Below are positions 33,258 to 41,430 of a stretch of DNA of 64,000 nt, one piece after another. The notes beneath the pieces were generated by a model that searched no databases, was not told the origin of the DNA, and worked only from the letters and a program-made list of their open reading frames with translations. Within the stretch, counting starts at the first letter, position 1. The number at the start of each line of letters is the position of its first letter. The translations under genes and the position numbers were made by a program. This DNA comes from Atribacterota bacterium (GTDB taxonomy: Bacteria; Atribacterota; Phoenicimicrobiia; Phoenicimicrobiales; Stramentimicrobiaceae): the NCBI GenBank assembly GCA_028717805.1, contig JAQUNC010000005.1:1238-65237 (forward strand), given 5' to 3'.

Positions 33258-34481
33258 TTGAGTAAATCTACTTATAAGGTACCCATCGGGCCTATTCATC
33301 CGTCATTGGAAGAACCAATGACCTTCAATTTTGAGATATCCGGCGAAAGAATTCAGTCGGTAGATTTAGCACCGGGTGATAATCATCGGGGTATCGAATT
33401 TATGGGAAGAAATAGAAATATTATTCAAATAATATATCTGGCAGAAAGAATTTGCGGGATATGTTCAGCTTCTCATCCCTTTGCTTTTTGTCGTGCCGTT
33501 GAAAACGCTGCTGGTATAGAGGTGCCGCCCAGAGCAGAATATATTAGAGTTATTATTTCTGAGTTAGAAAGAATTCATTCTCATATTCTCTGGGCAGGAG
33601 TAGCCGCACATGAGTTAGGTTTTGATTCAGTCTTATTCCTTTCCTGGAAAGTGAGAGAAGAGGTAATGGATCTATTGGAAATGCTTACTGGTAACCGGGT
33701 AAATTATGGGATGTTTATGATTGGTGGAGTTAGAAGGGACATTACGGAGCAACAAATTCCTTGGATTAGAAAAACTTTACAATATTATAAGGATGTTTAT
33801 CAGAAACTAGAAGATGTTTTTCTCAAAGATCCCAGTATTGCCTTAAGGACTAAGAATGTTGGTATTTTAACCTATGAGGAAGCACTCAATTTAGCCAGTG
33901 TTGGTCCTACAACCAGAGCTTCAGGAGTAAAAAAAGATATCAGACAGGATCAGCCATATTCGGCTTATGCTGATTTTGATGTTCAAGCTATCACACCGGA
34001 TAGTTATTCTGGTGAAGTAAATGGCGATGTTTTTGATCGTATTATTGTTCGAATATTGGAGGTTTTTCAGTCTGTCCAGATTATAGAATATTGTATCAAC
34101 AACTTACCTGATGGAGAAATATTATCAGAGCCAAAAATTGCCAAGTTATTAGGTGTTTTGAAAAAAGTGAAGGGAGAAGGTGTGGGCAGACATGAAGCTC
34201 CACGTGGTGAAGTTATTCACTATGTAAAATTAAATGAATCGGAAAATCCAGAGGTGTGGAAAGCAAGAGCACCGACTTATAATAATCTAATGTCCTGGAT
34301 GCCAATGTTACAGAGGCAGGAAGTAGCAGATATTCCTATTGTAATAGCTTCCATTGATCCCTGCATTGGTTGTATGGATAGAGTAACACTGGTTGATTCT
34401 AATACCTATAAAAAACAGGTGTTAACTAGAGAAGAATTAAGAAAGTTAAGTATCGAAAAAACCAGGAGGATGTTAAGATGA
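33258..34481 (+). CDS. Group-4 membrane-bound [NiFe] hydrogenase large subunit (NuoD-like; MbhL)
   Basis: N-terminal Ni-Fe ligand motif RICGICSASH and C-terminal DPCIGCMDR, followed by a ~30-aa cleavable extension. Confidence 0.9.
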   Translation: MSKSTYKVPIGPIHPSLEEPMTFNFEISGERIQSVDLAPGDNHRGIEFMGRNRNIIQIIYLAERICGICSASHPFAFCRAVENAAGIEVPPRAEYIRVIISELERIHSHILWAGVAAHELGFDSVLFLSWKVREEVMDLLEMLTGNRVNYGMFMIGGVRRDITEQQIPWIRKTLQYYKDVYQKLEDVFLKDPSIALRTKNVGILTYEEALNLASVGPTTRASGVKKDIRQDQPYSAYADFDVQAITPDSYSGEVNGDVFDRIIVRILEVFQSVQIIEYCINNLPDGEILSEPKIAKLLGVLKKVKGEGVGRHEAPRGEVIHYVKLNESENPEVWKARAPTYNNLMSWMPMLQRQEVADIPIVIASIDPCIGCMDRVTLVDSNTYKKQVLTREELRKLSIEKTRRMLR

Positions 34482-35485
34482 GTGGGAGCAGTATTTTAAT
34501 CTTTATTCTCAAAATTGTTAGCGCTCTAATAATTGCTGTAATTGGTATATTGGTAGGTTTATTCTATAAAGGCATTGATCGTAAATTAGCTGCTATGATG
34601 CAATCCCGGGTAGGACCTCCGGTTAGACAGCCTTTTCTTGATTTTTTTAAGCTAATGATAAAGGAAAATATCGTTCCCGAAAATGCTATTCCCTGGATTT
34701 TTAATGGTGCACCAATGCTAGCTCTGGTTTCCACAATTACCATTTTATTTTATATTCCTTATGGTTCGCTACCAGCATTGTTTGGAAATTCTGGTGATTT
34801 GATATTAATTGCCTATCTGCTGGCTATACCAGCAATTGCCCTGGTAGCTGGTGGTTTTTCTTCAGGATCTACTTATGCCAGTATTGGAGCACAAAGAGAG
34901 ATGGTTTTGATGATGAGTTATGAACTCCCTCTGGTTACTACCATTGTTGCTTTAGGGTGGAGATTAAATTTGGCCTACCCCGGATTAAAGGTTTTTTCCT
35001 TAGCAGTTTTAAGTGCTAATCCTATCTGGAGTTTAGTTGGCCCGCTGGGTTTTATTGGCGCCATATTGTTGCTCTTTACCTTAGCTATTGTAACTCCAGC
35101 AGAGTTATCCATTGTTCCTTTTGATATTCCTGAAGCAGAAACCGAACTGGCAGGAGGCATCTTGGTGGAGTATTCTGGTCGAAATTTAGCCTTATTTGAA
35201 CTGGCTAATGCAGTAAAAATGATAGTAATGGGAGCCTTGACTGTTGTTTTATTTTTCCCATATAATATTGCCCATTTATTTTCATTAAATGGCTTCTTTG
35301 CCTATATTGTCGATACGTTATTCTTTTTCTTTAAATTATTCATTGTCATATTCTTTGAAGCAACCTTTATTAGAGTTGCTATAGCACGTTTAAAAATTGA
35401 TCAAGCTTCAGTTGCTTATTTAGTATTTCTTTCTATAGTTGGTTTGATGGGTTTATTATTGATAGCTATTGATTATATTATCTAA
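34478..35485 (+). CDS. NuoH-like membrane subunit (MbhM)
   Basis: 335 aa with 8 TM helices; NuoH/HycD/EchB family. Confidence 0.85.
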   Translation: MSGSSILIFILKIVSALIIAVIGILVGLFYKGIDRKLAAMMQSRVGPPVRQPFLDFFKLMIKENIVPENAIPWIFNGAPMLALVSTITILFYIPYGSLPALFGNSGDLILIAYLLAIPAIALVAGGFSSGSTYASIGAQREMVLMMSYELPLVTTIVALGWRLNLAYPGLKVFSLAVLSANPIWSLVGPLGFIGAILLLFTLAIVTPAELSIVPFDIPEAETELAGGILVEYSGRNLALFELANAVKMIVMGALTVVLFFPYNIAHLFSLNGFFAYIVDTLFFFFKLFIVIFFEATFIRVAIARLKIDQASVAYLVFLSIVGLMGLLLIAIDYII

Positions 35486-35568
35486 TATCGAAATTTCTTT
35501 GAAGTTTTGATATTGCTAAAGATAATTTATTTACATAATCTATATAGAAGAAGTGTTCAGATATTCCT

Positions 35569-35597
35569 AAGGGGAAGAATTCCCTAGGGATATCCTG
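35569..35597 (+). repeat. GC-rich hairpin element, copy C (AAGGGGAAGAATTCCCTAGGGATATCCTG)
   Basis: AGGGGAA...TTCCCT inverted repeat with the shared 3' GATATCCTG tail. It sits inside the 217-nt gap between mbhM and mbhN. Confidence 0.4.
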
Positions 35598-35702
35598 ATT
35601 ATAAAATAAAAGAAATTTTTTTAAAATGTATTTACTTTAAGGGATTTTAAGGCCTATCTACCCTGATTAACAGGCAATATAGATGAAATGAGGTGATAAA
35701 GA

Positions 35703-36110
35703 ATGCCGACACCAATAGTGTTTGAGTTAATCAAACAACTTTTTCATAGACCTGCAACGAACTGTTTCCCGGTGAAATATTATCCCAGCCAAACAACTGT
35801 TACTGATCTTATTAAAAAAGTCCAGGATGGCCAGGTGAAGATAAACTCACCGGTAACGGTACCGGAGAAATTTAGAGGGAAAATAGTCTATGATAGGGAA
35901 AAATGTATCGGATGTCGCTTATGTGTTAGGGTATGTCCTTCCCGAGCGATTGAATTTCTTCCGGAAGAAAAAAAGATTAAAATCAGAATTGACCGCTGTA
36001 TATTTTGTGCACAGTGTAATGATGTTTGTCCGGTCAATTGTCTGAGTATGTCTGAAAACTTTCTTTTAGCAAATGAAGATCGTTTTGATTCAGAGATGAT
36101 TGTCCAATAA
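35703..36110 (+). CDS. NuoI-like 2x[4Fe-4S] ferredoxin subunit (MbhN)
   Basis: Two CxxCxxCxxxCP motifs (CIGCRLCVRVCP; CIFCAQCNDVCP). Confidence 0.88.
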   Translation: MPTPIVFELIKQLFHRPATNCFPVKYYPSQTTVTDLIKKVQDGQVKINSPVTVPEKFRGKIVYDREKCIGCRLCVRVCPSRAIEFLPEEKKIKIRIDRCIFCAQCNDVCPVNCLSMSENFLLANEDRFDSEMIVQ

Positions 36111-36153
36111 TTTAAATTAAACAAGATAAGATGAAGTATAATGATTGTTTTAT

Positions 36154-36205
36154 AAAATACTAAGATGCTACATTTTTATGAAGTATCTTAGTATTTGATT
36201 TTTAT
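36154..36205. terminator. Bidirectional intrinsic terminator between convergent mbhN and hycI
   Basis: Perfect 12-bp inverted repeat AAATACTAAGAT / ATCTTAGTATTT flanking a ~17-nt loop, followed by GATTTTTAT. Confidence 0.55.
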
Positions 36206-36526
36206 ATAACCATTAGTAATATCTTGAAAGACTGTTTGATGGTTACATGAAACGACTTTACCACAAAGATTGATGTATACTAATTGACTATTTTCTACTC
36301 GAGGTTCAAAGTGGTAAGTTGTGTTACTGTTACTTAGATTGTTAAGATTAAATAAAATATTACATAAAAAAGAAAAGGGGAGAATAAAAAGTAATTTTAA
36401 AAAAGTTTAGTCTAGCATAAAAGTTCTTAAAGCTATCAGTGGTATAGGTATGTGTTTGCCTATACATTAAGTCAGTTTGAAATTTATAATTCTTTCTAGT
36501 CGATAGAAGAGTAAAAGGAGAAAGGA

Positions 36527-36973
36527 TTAGGTGAAAATTGGAATAGCTTTAAGCTGGTTCTTTTCCAATAAGTTTTTAAGCTGATAGCATGCCTTTAGCA
36601 CTGGTTTACTTAAATTTTCACTCATTTCAGTTGAAAGAGGTTGAATACCGATAAGTATGATTTTATGGCAATCAGGAGTCAAGTATTCTATGAGATAGGA
36701 CAGAGACAGGTAATGAGTGGAAAGTTGCAGGGAAACAATTTTTTCTACGGGGATTACCCTAATACTACCTGCAATAAGATTCATTTCAACAGCATCGATA
36801 ATTACCAACAGTTCAGGATGAATATTTTTAATAACTGAAGTGTAGTTTTCTGGAGCCGATTTTCCGTCTATCACCATCCAGTTATGATGCTTGAAATGCT
36901 GGGCAATAAAAGAACCAGCACCATCATCAGACCTTAGGGAATTACCTATCCCTAGGAGACAATTTTTGGACAT
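36527..36973 (-). CDS. hycI: Hydrogenase maturation endopeptidase (HycI/HybD family)
   Basis: LLGIGNSLRSDDGAGSFIAQHF...LLVIIDAVEMN are the HycI/HyaD Ni-dependent protease motifs. Confidence 0.82.
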   Translation of the reverse strand: MSKNCLLGIGNSLRSDDGAGSFIAQHFKHHNWMVIDGKSAPENYTSVIKNIHPELLVIIDAVEMNLIAGSIRVIPVEKIVSLQLSTHYLSLSYLIEYLTPDCHKIILIGIQPLSTEMSENLSKPVLKACYQLKNLLEKNQLKAIPIFT

Positions 36974-37430
36974 TGAAAAAGTATTCCTTAATCTTTAAAA
37001 ATTTAAATATTTTATAATTAAGTTCCTAACTTATATTATCATCGAGTCTATGCTAATATAATATCATAAAAATAAGGGTATGTAGATTATGGTTATTGTA
37101 CTATAGTAGTCCTGTTTGAATAAAGCTGCAAAAAAGTAAATCAGAACTGTAATGAAAGAATGTATTATAGAACATAACTCAAATATGATATTGTAATAAC
37201 ATAATATTGAGGTTTAATTAAACTATAATATTTACTATTGGAGCAATGATTATAAAAAGTTGCAGTAAAGCACAAAGGATTGTAATATTATATTATAATA
37301 AAGATATAATTTCCTTTTGTTGTTTGAATCATATACTCTGAATGTTTTTAAAACAGAATTTTCTAATAATATTATCGGGTAAAGTTTGACAAAAAATCAA
37401 TATGGATTTAAAAAATAGACAGAAGGATGG

Positions 37431-37458
37431 TAGGGGGGAATATCCCCTGACTATTTTG
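37431..37458 (+). repeat. GC-rich hairpin element, copy D (TAGGGGGGAATATCCCCTGACTATTTTG)
   Basis: GGGGGAATATCCCC hairpin with a TGAC tail, 21 nt upstream of the SPOR gene. Confidence 0.4.
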
Positions 37459-37478
37459 ATTAAAGGAGGGGCATATCT

Positions 37479-38123
37479 TTGAGAAGAACCAGACGTATTT
37501 ATAAAAGAAAAACCAGGAGTAATCTGGAAACCCTCATTATCTTAGTTGGAGCGATAGTTATCTTATCCATTGCCTTTTATATGGCAAGGGAAAAGAGTTT
37601 CTTGCCTCCAGAGAAATTAGAGTCAGAACAGCAAACTATTTCTAGAGAGGAAATGGTTAAAGTAGGTGAAGAAGAGCAAAGGGAAATTGATCAGTTAATT
37701 GCTCAGGATATTCCTAATGGTGAAAGACCGACTGAATCTGAAGCACCTATACCACAAAAGCCAGTAGAAAGAGAAGTTTCAAGCCAAACAACAGAGCAAA
37801 TGGCTCAGAAGGAAAGTGATTTAGTATCCCGACAGACTGTGACTACACCTACACCGCCAAAGCAGGAAGTTTCTGTTAGTCAGACTGAAACAGTAACTCC
37901 ATCAGGTACAGTTTATACCATTCAGGTAGGTTACTTTTCTATTGAGAGCAATGCCAGGGATTTAGCCAGAGAAATTGAAAATCGTGGATTTCAGACCTTT
38001 GTTATAGAACACAATAAGGCTTTTAAAGTGCAGGTAGGTGCTTACTCCTTGCGAGCACAGGCTGAAGAAGCTTCTCAGCAATTAAAAAGAATGGGTTATG
38101 AAACCTGGATTACCCAGAGATAA
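37479..38123 (+). CDS. SPOR-domain protein (peptidoglycan-binding), membrane-anchored
   Basis: N-terminal TM helix, a Glu/Gln/Pro/Thr-rich linker and a C-terminal SPOR repeat (TVYTIQVGYFSIESNARDLAREIENRGFQTFVIE...KVQVGAYSLRAQAEEA). TTG start. Confidence 0.7.
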   Translation: MRRTRRIYKRKTRSNLETLIILVGAIVILSIAFYMAREKSFLPPEKLESEQQTISREEMVKVGEEEQREIDQLIAQDIPNGERPTESEAPIPQKPVEREVSSQTTEQMAQKESDLVSRQTVTTPTPPKQEVSVSQTETVTPSGTVYTIQVGYFSIESNARDLAREIENRGFQTFVIEHNKAFKVQVGAYSLRAQAEEASQQLKRMGYETWITQR

Positions 38124-38226
38124 CAAGAAGATTATTCAGACAGTCTTTCAGAGATACAATATTTAGAAAGGATAATTTCTTATTAAGATTAGTAAAAAAT
38201 ACATTCCGCAAGCTACTATCGATCGA

Positions 38227-38820
38227 TTGTCAATTTATCATAGAACCTTAGCATCTTTGATTGAAGCAAAGAGAGTTAATGAATTTTCTACAATTTCCTC
38301 GTCCAGACTGTCAGATATAACCGGCATTAATCCCCATCAGATTAGAAAAGACCTTTCTTATTTTGGTGAATTTGGGAAAAGGGGAATTGGCTATCCTGTC
38401 CTGGAATTATTCACTAAATTAAAGGAGATATTGAAATCAAATCAAAAATGGAATTTAGTACTCGCTGGTGCTGGTAATTTAGGGACTGCCTTCCTTTGTT
38501 ATAAAGGATTCCTCAAAAGAGGCTTTATCATAAAAGCAGTATTTGATAATGATATGGCTAAAGTAGGTAAAAAAATTGGCAATATCAGGATCAGACATAT
38601 CCAGGACATGGAAAAATTTCTAAAAGAGCAGAAAATACGAATTGGTATTATTGCAGTACCTTCCCAATCGGCTCAAGAAGTAGCTGACCAGATGATTGCT
38701 GGAGGAGTCAGGTCAATACTTAATTTTGCTCCTATTAGTATAAAACATCCCCGGAAAATATCAATTAAACATATTGATATTGCTATTGAACTTGAAAAGC
38801 TGGTCTATTACTTATCTTAA
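38227..38820 (+). CDS. rex: Redox-sensing transcriptional repressor Rex (true N-terminus lies upstream of the annotated TTG)
   Basis: Full-length similarity to Bacillus Rex (GAGNLGTAFLCY Rossmann motif, SILNFAP). The conserved IPQATIDRL N-terminal helix is encoded in frame upstream of 38227, and no canonical start codon is available there. Confidence 0.9.
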   Translation: MSIYHRTLASLIEAKRVNEFSTISSSRLSDITGINPHQIRKDLSYFGEFGKRGIGYPVLELFTKLKEILKSNQKWNLVLAGAGNLGTAFLCYKGFLKRGFIIKAVFDNDMAKVGKKIGNIRIRHIQDMEKFLKEQKIRIGIIAVPSQSAQEVADQMIAGGVRSILNFAPISIKHPRKISIKHIDIAIELEKLVYYLS

Positions 38821-38956
38821 ATTTTATAAAATTATTATTTGTTAACAGGAGTGATGTATTTAAAATAAAACTAGATGACGAAATAATTTATGGCCATAAA
38901 TTTAAGGATGAGTTTGACATATATTAAGGGCATATGATAAAATGACTTGGTGTGCT

Positions 38957-38974
38957 TTGTGATATTTTTCACAA
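38957..38974. promoter_or_regulatory. Rex operator (TTGTGATATTTTTCACAA)
   Basis: Matches the Rex-box consensus TTGTGAA-N4-TTCACAA at 16 of 18 positions. It lies 100 nt upstream of the first gene of the sensor-FDH cluster. Confidence 0.7.
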
Positions 38975-39073
38975 ATTTATCTTTTAGCAGAAAACAATAT
39001 CACGATTAATTTTTATTTATTTTAGTTATTACCTTTTCTATTTATTTAAACTTTATATTCATGAGAGTATATT

Positions 39074-39421
39074 ATGAAAATAAAAGATATTGTCAATACA
39101 TTAGATGCCGAGGTCTTGACTGGAGAAGACTTGCTAGATCAGAATATTGAGGAGTTTGCAGCCAGTGATCTATTAAGTGATGTTCTTGCTTTAAGCAAGG
39201 ACAATTTTTTATTATTAACTGGATTAACCTCTCATCAGGTGGTAAGAACCGCTGAGATTGCCGGAGGGGTAGGTGTGGTTTTTGTGAGGGGGAAAGCTCC
39301 TGAACAGGAAGCAATTGGTCTAGCTCGTTCCCACCGTATCCCACTTTTAATGACCTCCAAAACAATGTTTGATGCCTGTCGGGCAATTGTTGAGGCAATT
39401 ATTAGTGAAGAGAAGAAATGA
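39074..39421 (+). CDS. DRTGG-domain protein
   Basis: 115 aa; the VVRTAEIAGGVGVVFVRGKAPEQEAIGLARSHRIPLL region fits the DRTGG fold. Such proteins are typically found next to CBS/GHKL proteins. Confidence 0.55.
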   Translation: MKIKDIVNTLDAEVLTGEDLLDQNIEEFAASDLLSDVLALSKDNFLLLTGLTSHQVVRTAEIAGGVGVVFVRGKAPEQEAIGLARSHRIPLLMTSKTMFDACRAIVEAIISEEKK

Positions 39422-40350
39422 CAATTTTACATTCCAGAGAAAAATTAACTTTAGCCAATGAGCTGATTTATGAGTTAAAAGTGAAAGATGCTATGACCAG
39501 TAAGGTAATTTTTTTTGGTGAGCAGGCTACCTTTCGTGAGATTCAATTGTCTTTGAAACAAAATAGAATTTCAGGAGTTCCAATCCTGGATGAGCAGAAA
39601 AATATAATTGGCATTGTCAGTATTGATAATGTAATTACTGCTCTGGATGAAGATTATGTGAACGATACGGTAAAAGATTATATGACTAAAGATGTGATAA
39701 CCATTCCTCAAAATTATTCTTTGGTTTCAGCTATAAAGAAGTTTGAAAGATATAAATTTGGTCGTTTACCGGTAACAGGGAATGCCCATTCCCGTAAAAT
39801 AGTTGGTATCATAACTATGGGAGATATTTTAAATCGACTGCTGCTAACTATTCAAACCATTGCCGAGAAAGTGGAACAAAAAGAAAACAGAAATTATCAG
39901 CTTTCCGATACCTTAATTAAGAATACTCCACAGAAACCACTTCGTTTTGAAGTCAAAAAAGCTGACTTTGATAATGCTGGCAGAGTAGCCAGTATCATAA
40001 GAACTTATCTACAAAAAATGACCATAGATAAACAGATTATTCGAAGAGTTGCCATTATTTGTTATGAGGCAGAGATGAATATTAGTATCCATTCCTTGGG
40101 GGGATATATTTCAGTAGAATTGGAACAGAATAGTATTATTATTACTGCTGTTGATTATGGGCCAGGTATTCCGGATATAGAAGAAGCAATGAAACCTGGT
40201 TTTACAACTGCTTCTGAACAGATCAGAGCTTTAGGATTTGGTGCAGGCATGGGTTTGCCCAATATAAAAAAATGCGCTGATCATCTAGAATTAGAATCTT
40301 CTATGGAAACCGGTACTATTTTAAAAGCAGTTATCCATATAGGAGGATAG
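39418..40350 (+). CDS. CBS-pair + GHKL (anti-sigma-factor-type Ser kinase-like) ATPase domain protein
   Basis: Two CBS domains (ISGVPILDEQKNIIGIVSIDNV; FGRLPVTGNAHSRKIVGIITMGDIL) followed by an HATPase_c-like C-terminus (DYGPGIPDIEEAMKPGFTT...GAGMGL). Confidence 0.75.
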   Translation: MTILHSREKLTLANELIYELKVKDAMTSKVIFFGEQATFREIQLSLKQNRISGVPILDEQKNIIGIVSIDNVITALDEDYVNDTVKDYMTKDVITIPQNYSLVSAIKKFERYKFGRLPVTGNAHSRKIVGIITMGDILNRLLLTIQTIAEKVEQKENRNYQLSDTLIKNTPQKPLRFEVKKADFDNAGRVASIIRTYLQKMTIDKQIIRRVAIICYEAEMNISIHSLGGYISVELEQNSIIITAVDYGPGIPDIEEAMKPGFTTASEQIRALGFGAGMGLPNIKKCADHLELESSMETGTILKAVIHIGG

Positions 40351-40352
40351 AG

Positions 40353-40697
40353 ATGAAATTAAGCCAGATTATAGTTAGATGTTCTTTGCAGAAGATTGTA
40401 TTCTGTTCAGATGAGGAAATCAAAACAGGTTATTGTGGAGATTTAATGTCAGATGTTATTGCCCATGCCAGCAATGATAGTGTATGGATTACTATCCAAG
40501 CACATAAAAACAGTATAGCTGTAGCGCTGATCAAGGATATAAGGGCAATTATCTTTACCAATAATGTAGAAATAAACCAGGAATTGATAGAAAAAGCCAG
40601 GGAAGAACAGATTAATCTATTGAGAACTGAAAAAAATTCTTTTCAAATATGTGGTCTATTGTACCAGATGCTGGGAGGCAAATCTGATCAAGATTGA
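40353..40697 (+). CDS. Small DRTGG-like domain protein
   Basis: 114 aa; resembles the second DRTGG-type protein of hydrogenase-associated sensory modules. Confidence 0.45.
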   Translation: MKLSQIIVRCSLQKIVFCSDEEIKTGYCGDLMSDVIAHASNDSVWITIQAHKNSIAVALIKDIRAIIFTNNVEINQELIEKAREEQINLLRTEKNSFQICGLLYQMLGGKSDQD

Positions 40698-41430
40698 TTT
40701 ACATATTCACTCTTCTCTTTCAGCGTGTGGGGAAAATATTATGTCACCACAAAATATATTGAAAAAGGCAGAAAAAAGTGGATTCAACCTAATTGCTATT
40801 ACTGATCACAATGCGGTTGCCCATTCGATTTTAATTAGTAAAATTAATAAAAAAAGCTCGGTTAATGTTATTCTCGGGATTGAGCTGACTACCCGGGAAG
40901 AGATTCACTTATTGGGTTATTTCCCAGATGAATTTAGTATGAGAGAGATGGAGAAGAAGATAAATGATTGTCTGCCAAAAATGAATAATAAACCTTCTTT
41001 TTTTGGTGACCAGCTAATCTATGATGAAAAAGGAGAGATAGTTGAAATAGATTATATGCTAAGACAAAATGCTTTACAAATAAGCTTAGATGAGTTGATT
41101 GACTTCATTCATTTTCTGGGTGGAATAGCAATACCGGCTCATATTAATAGAGATTACTGTAGTATAAAAAGCCAGATAGGTTTTTTAGATCCTACTAGTA
41201 ATTTTGATGCAGTAGAAGTATCAAGATTCGAATGGATAAATAAGAAATATGAAATAGGAGATTTACTGGAAGGATTCCCGGTAATTAGCGGTTCAGATAG
41301 CCACTTTTTGGAAGATATTGGAACATTTTTTTTGGAAGTAAAAGATGATAATCATGTAATAGATTTTAACTCATTGCAAGATTTTCTAAGGAAGACCGGA
41401 AATGAAAAATATAGCGGACCATCTCTTTGA
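40651..41430 (+). CDS. PHP-domain (polymerase/histidinol-phosphatase) metal-dependent phosphoesterase
   Basis: IDLHIHSSLSACGE...IAITDHN PHP motifs. The ATG at 40651 overlaps the upstream gene by 47 nt and the conserved domain begins near 40693, so the start is uncertain. Confidence 0.78.
   Translation: MVYCTRCWEANLIKIDLHIHSSLSACGENIMSPQNILKKAEKSGFNLIAITDHNAVAHSILISKINKKSSVNVILGIELTTREEIHLLGYFPDEFSMREMEKKINDCLPKMNNKPSFFGDQLIYDEKGEIVEIDYMLRQNALQISLDELIDFIHFLGGIAIPAHINRDYCSIKSQIGFLDPTSNFDAVEVSRFEWINKKYEIGDLLEGFPVISGSDSHFLEDIGTFFLEVKDDNHVIDFNSLQDFLRKTGNEKYSGPSL

Noticed and set aside
33258-34481. Alternative call of the large subunit as Mbx/Mbs (sulfur-reducing) or a NuoD-like non-hydrogenase
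   Set aside because: Both Ni-Fe Cys motifs and a C-terminal cleavable extension are intact, a HycI protease gene is adjacent, and hyp genes are nearby. This is consistent with an active hydrogenase.
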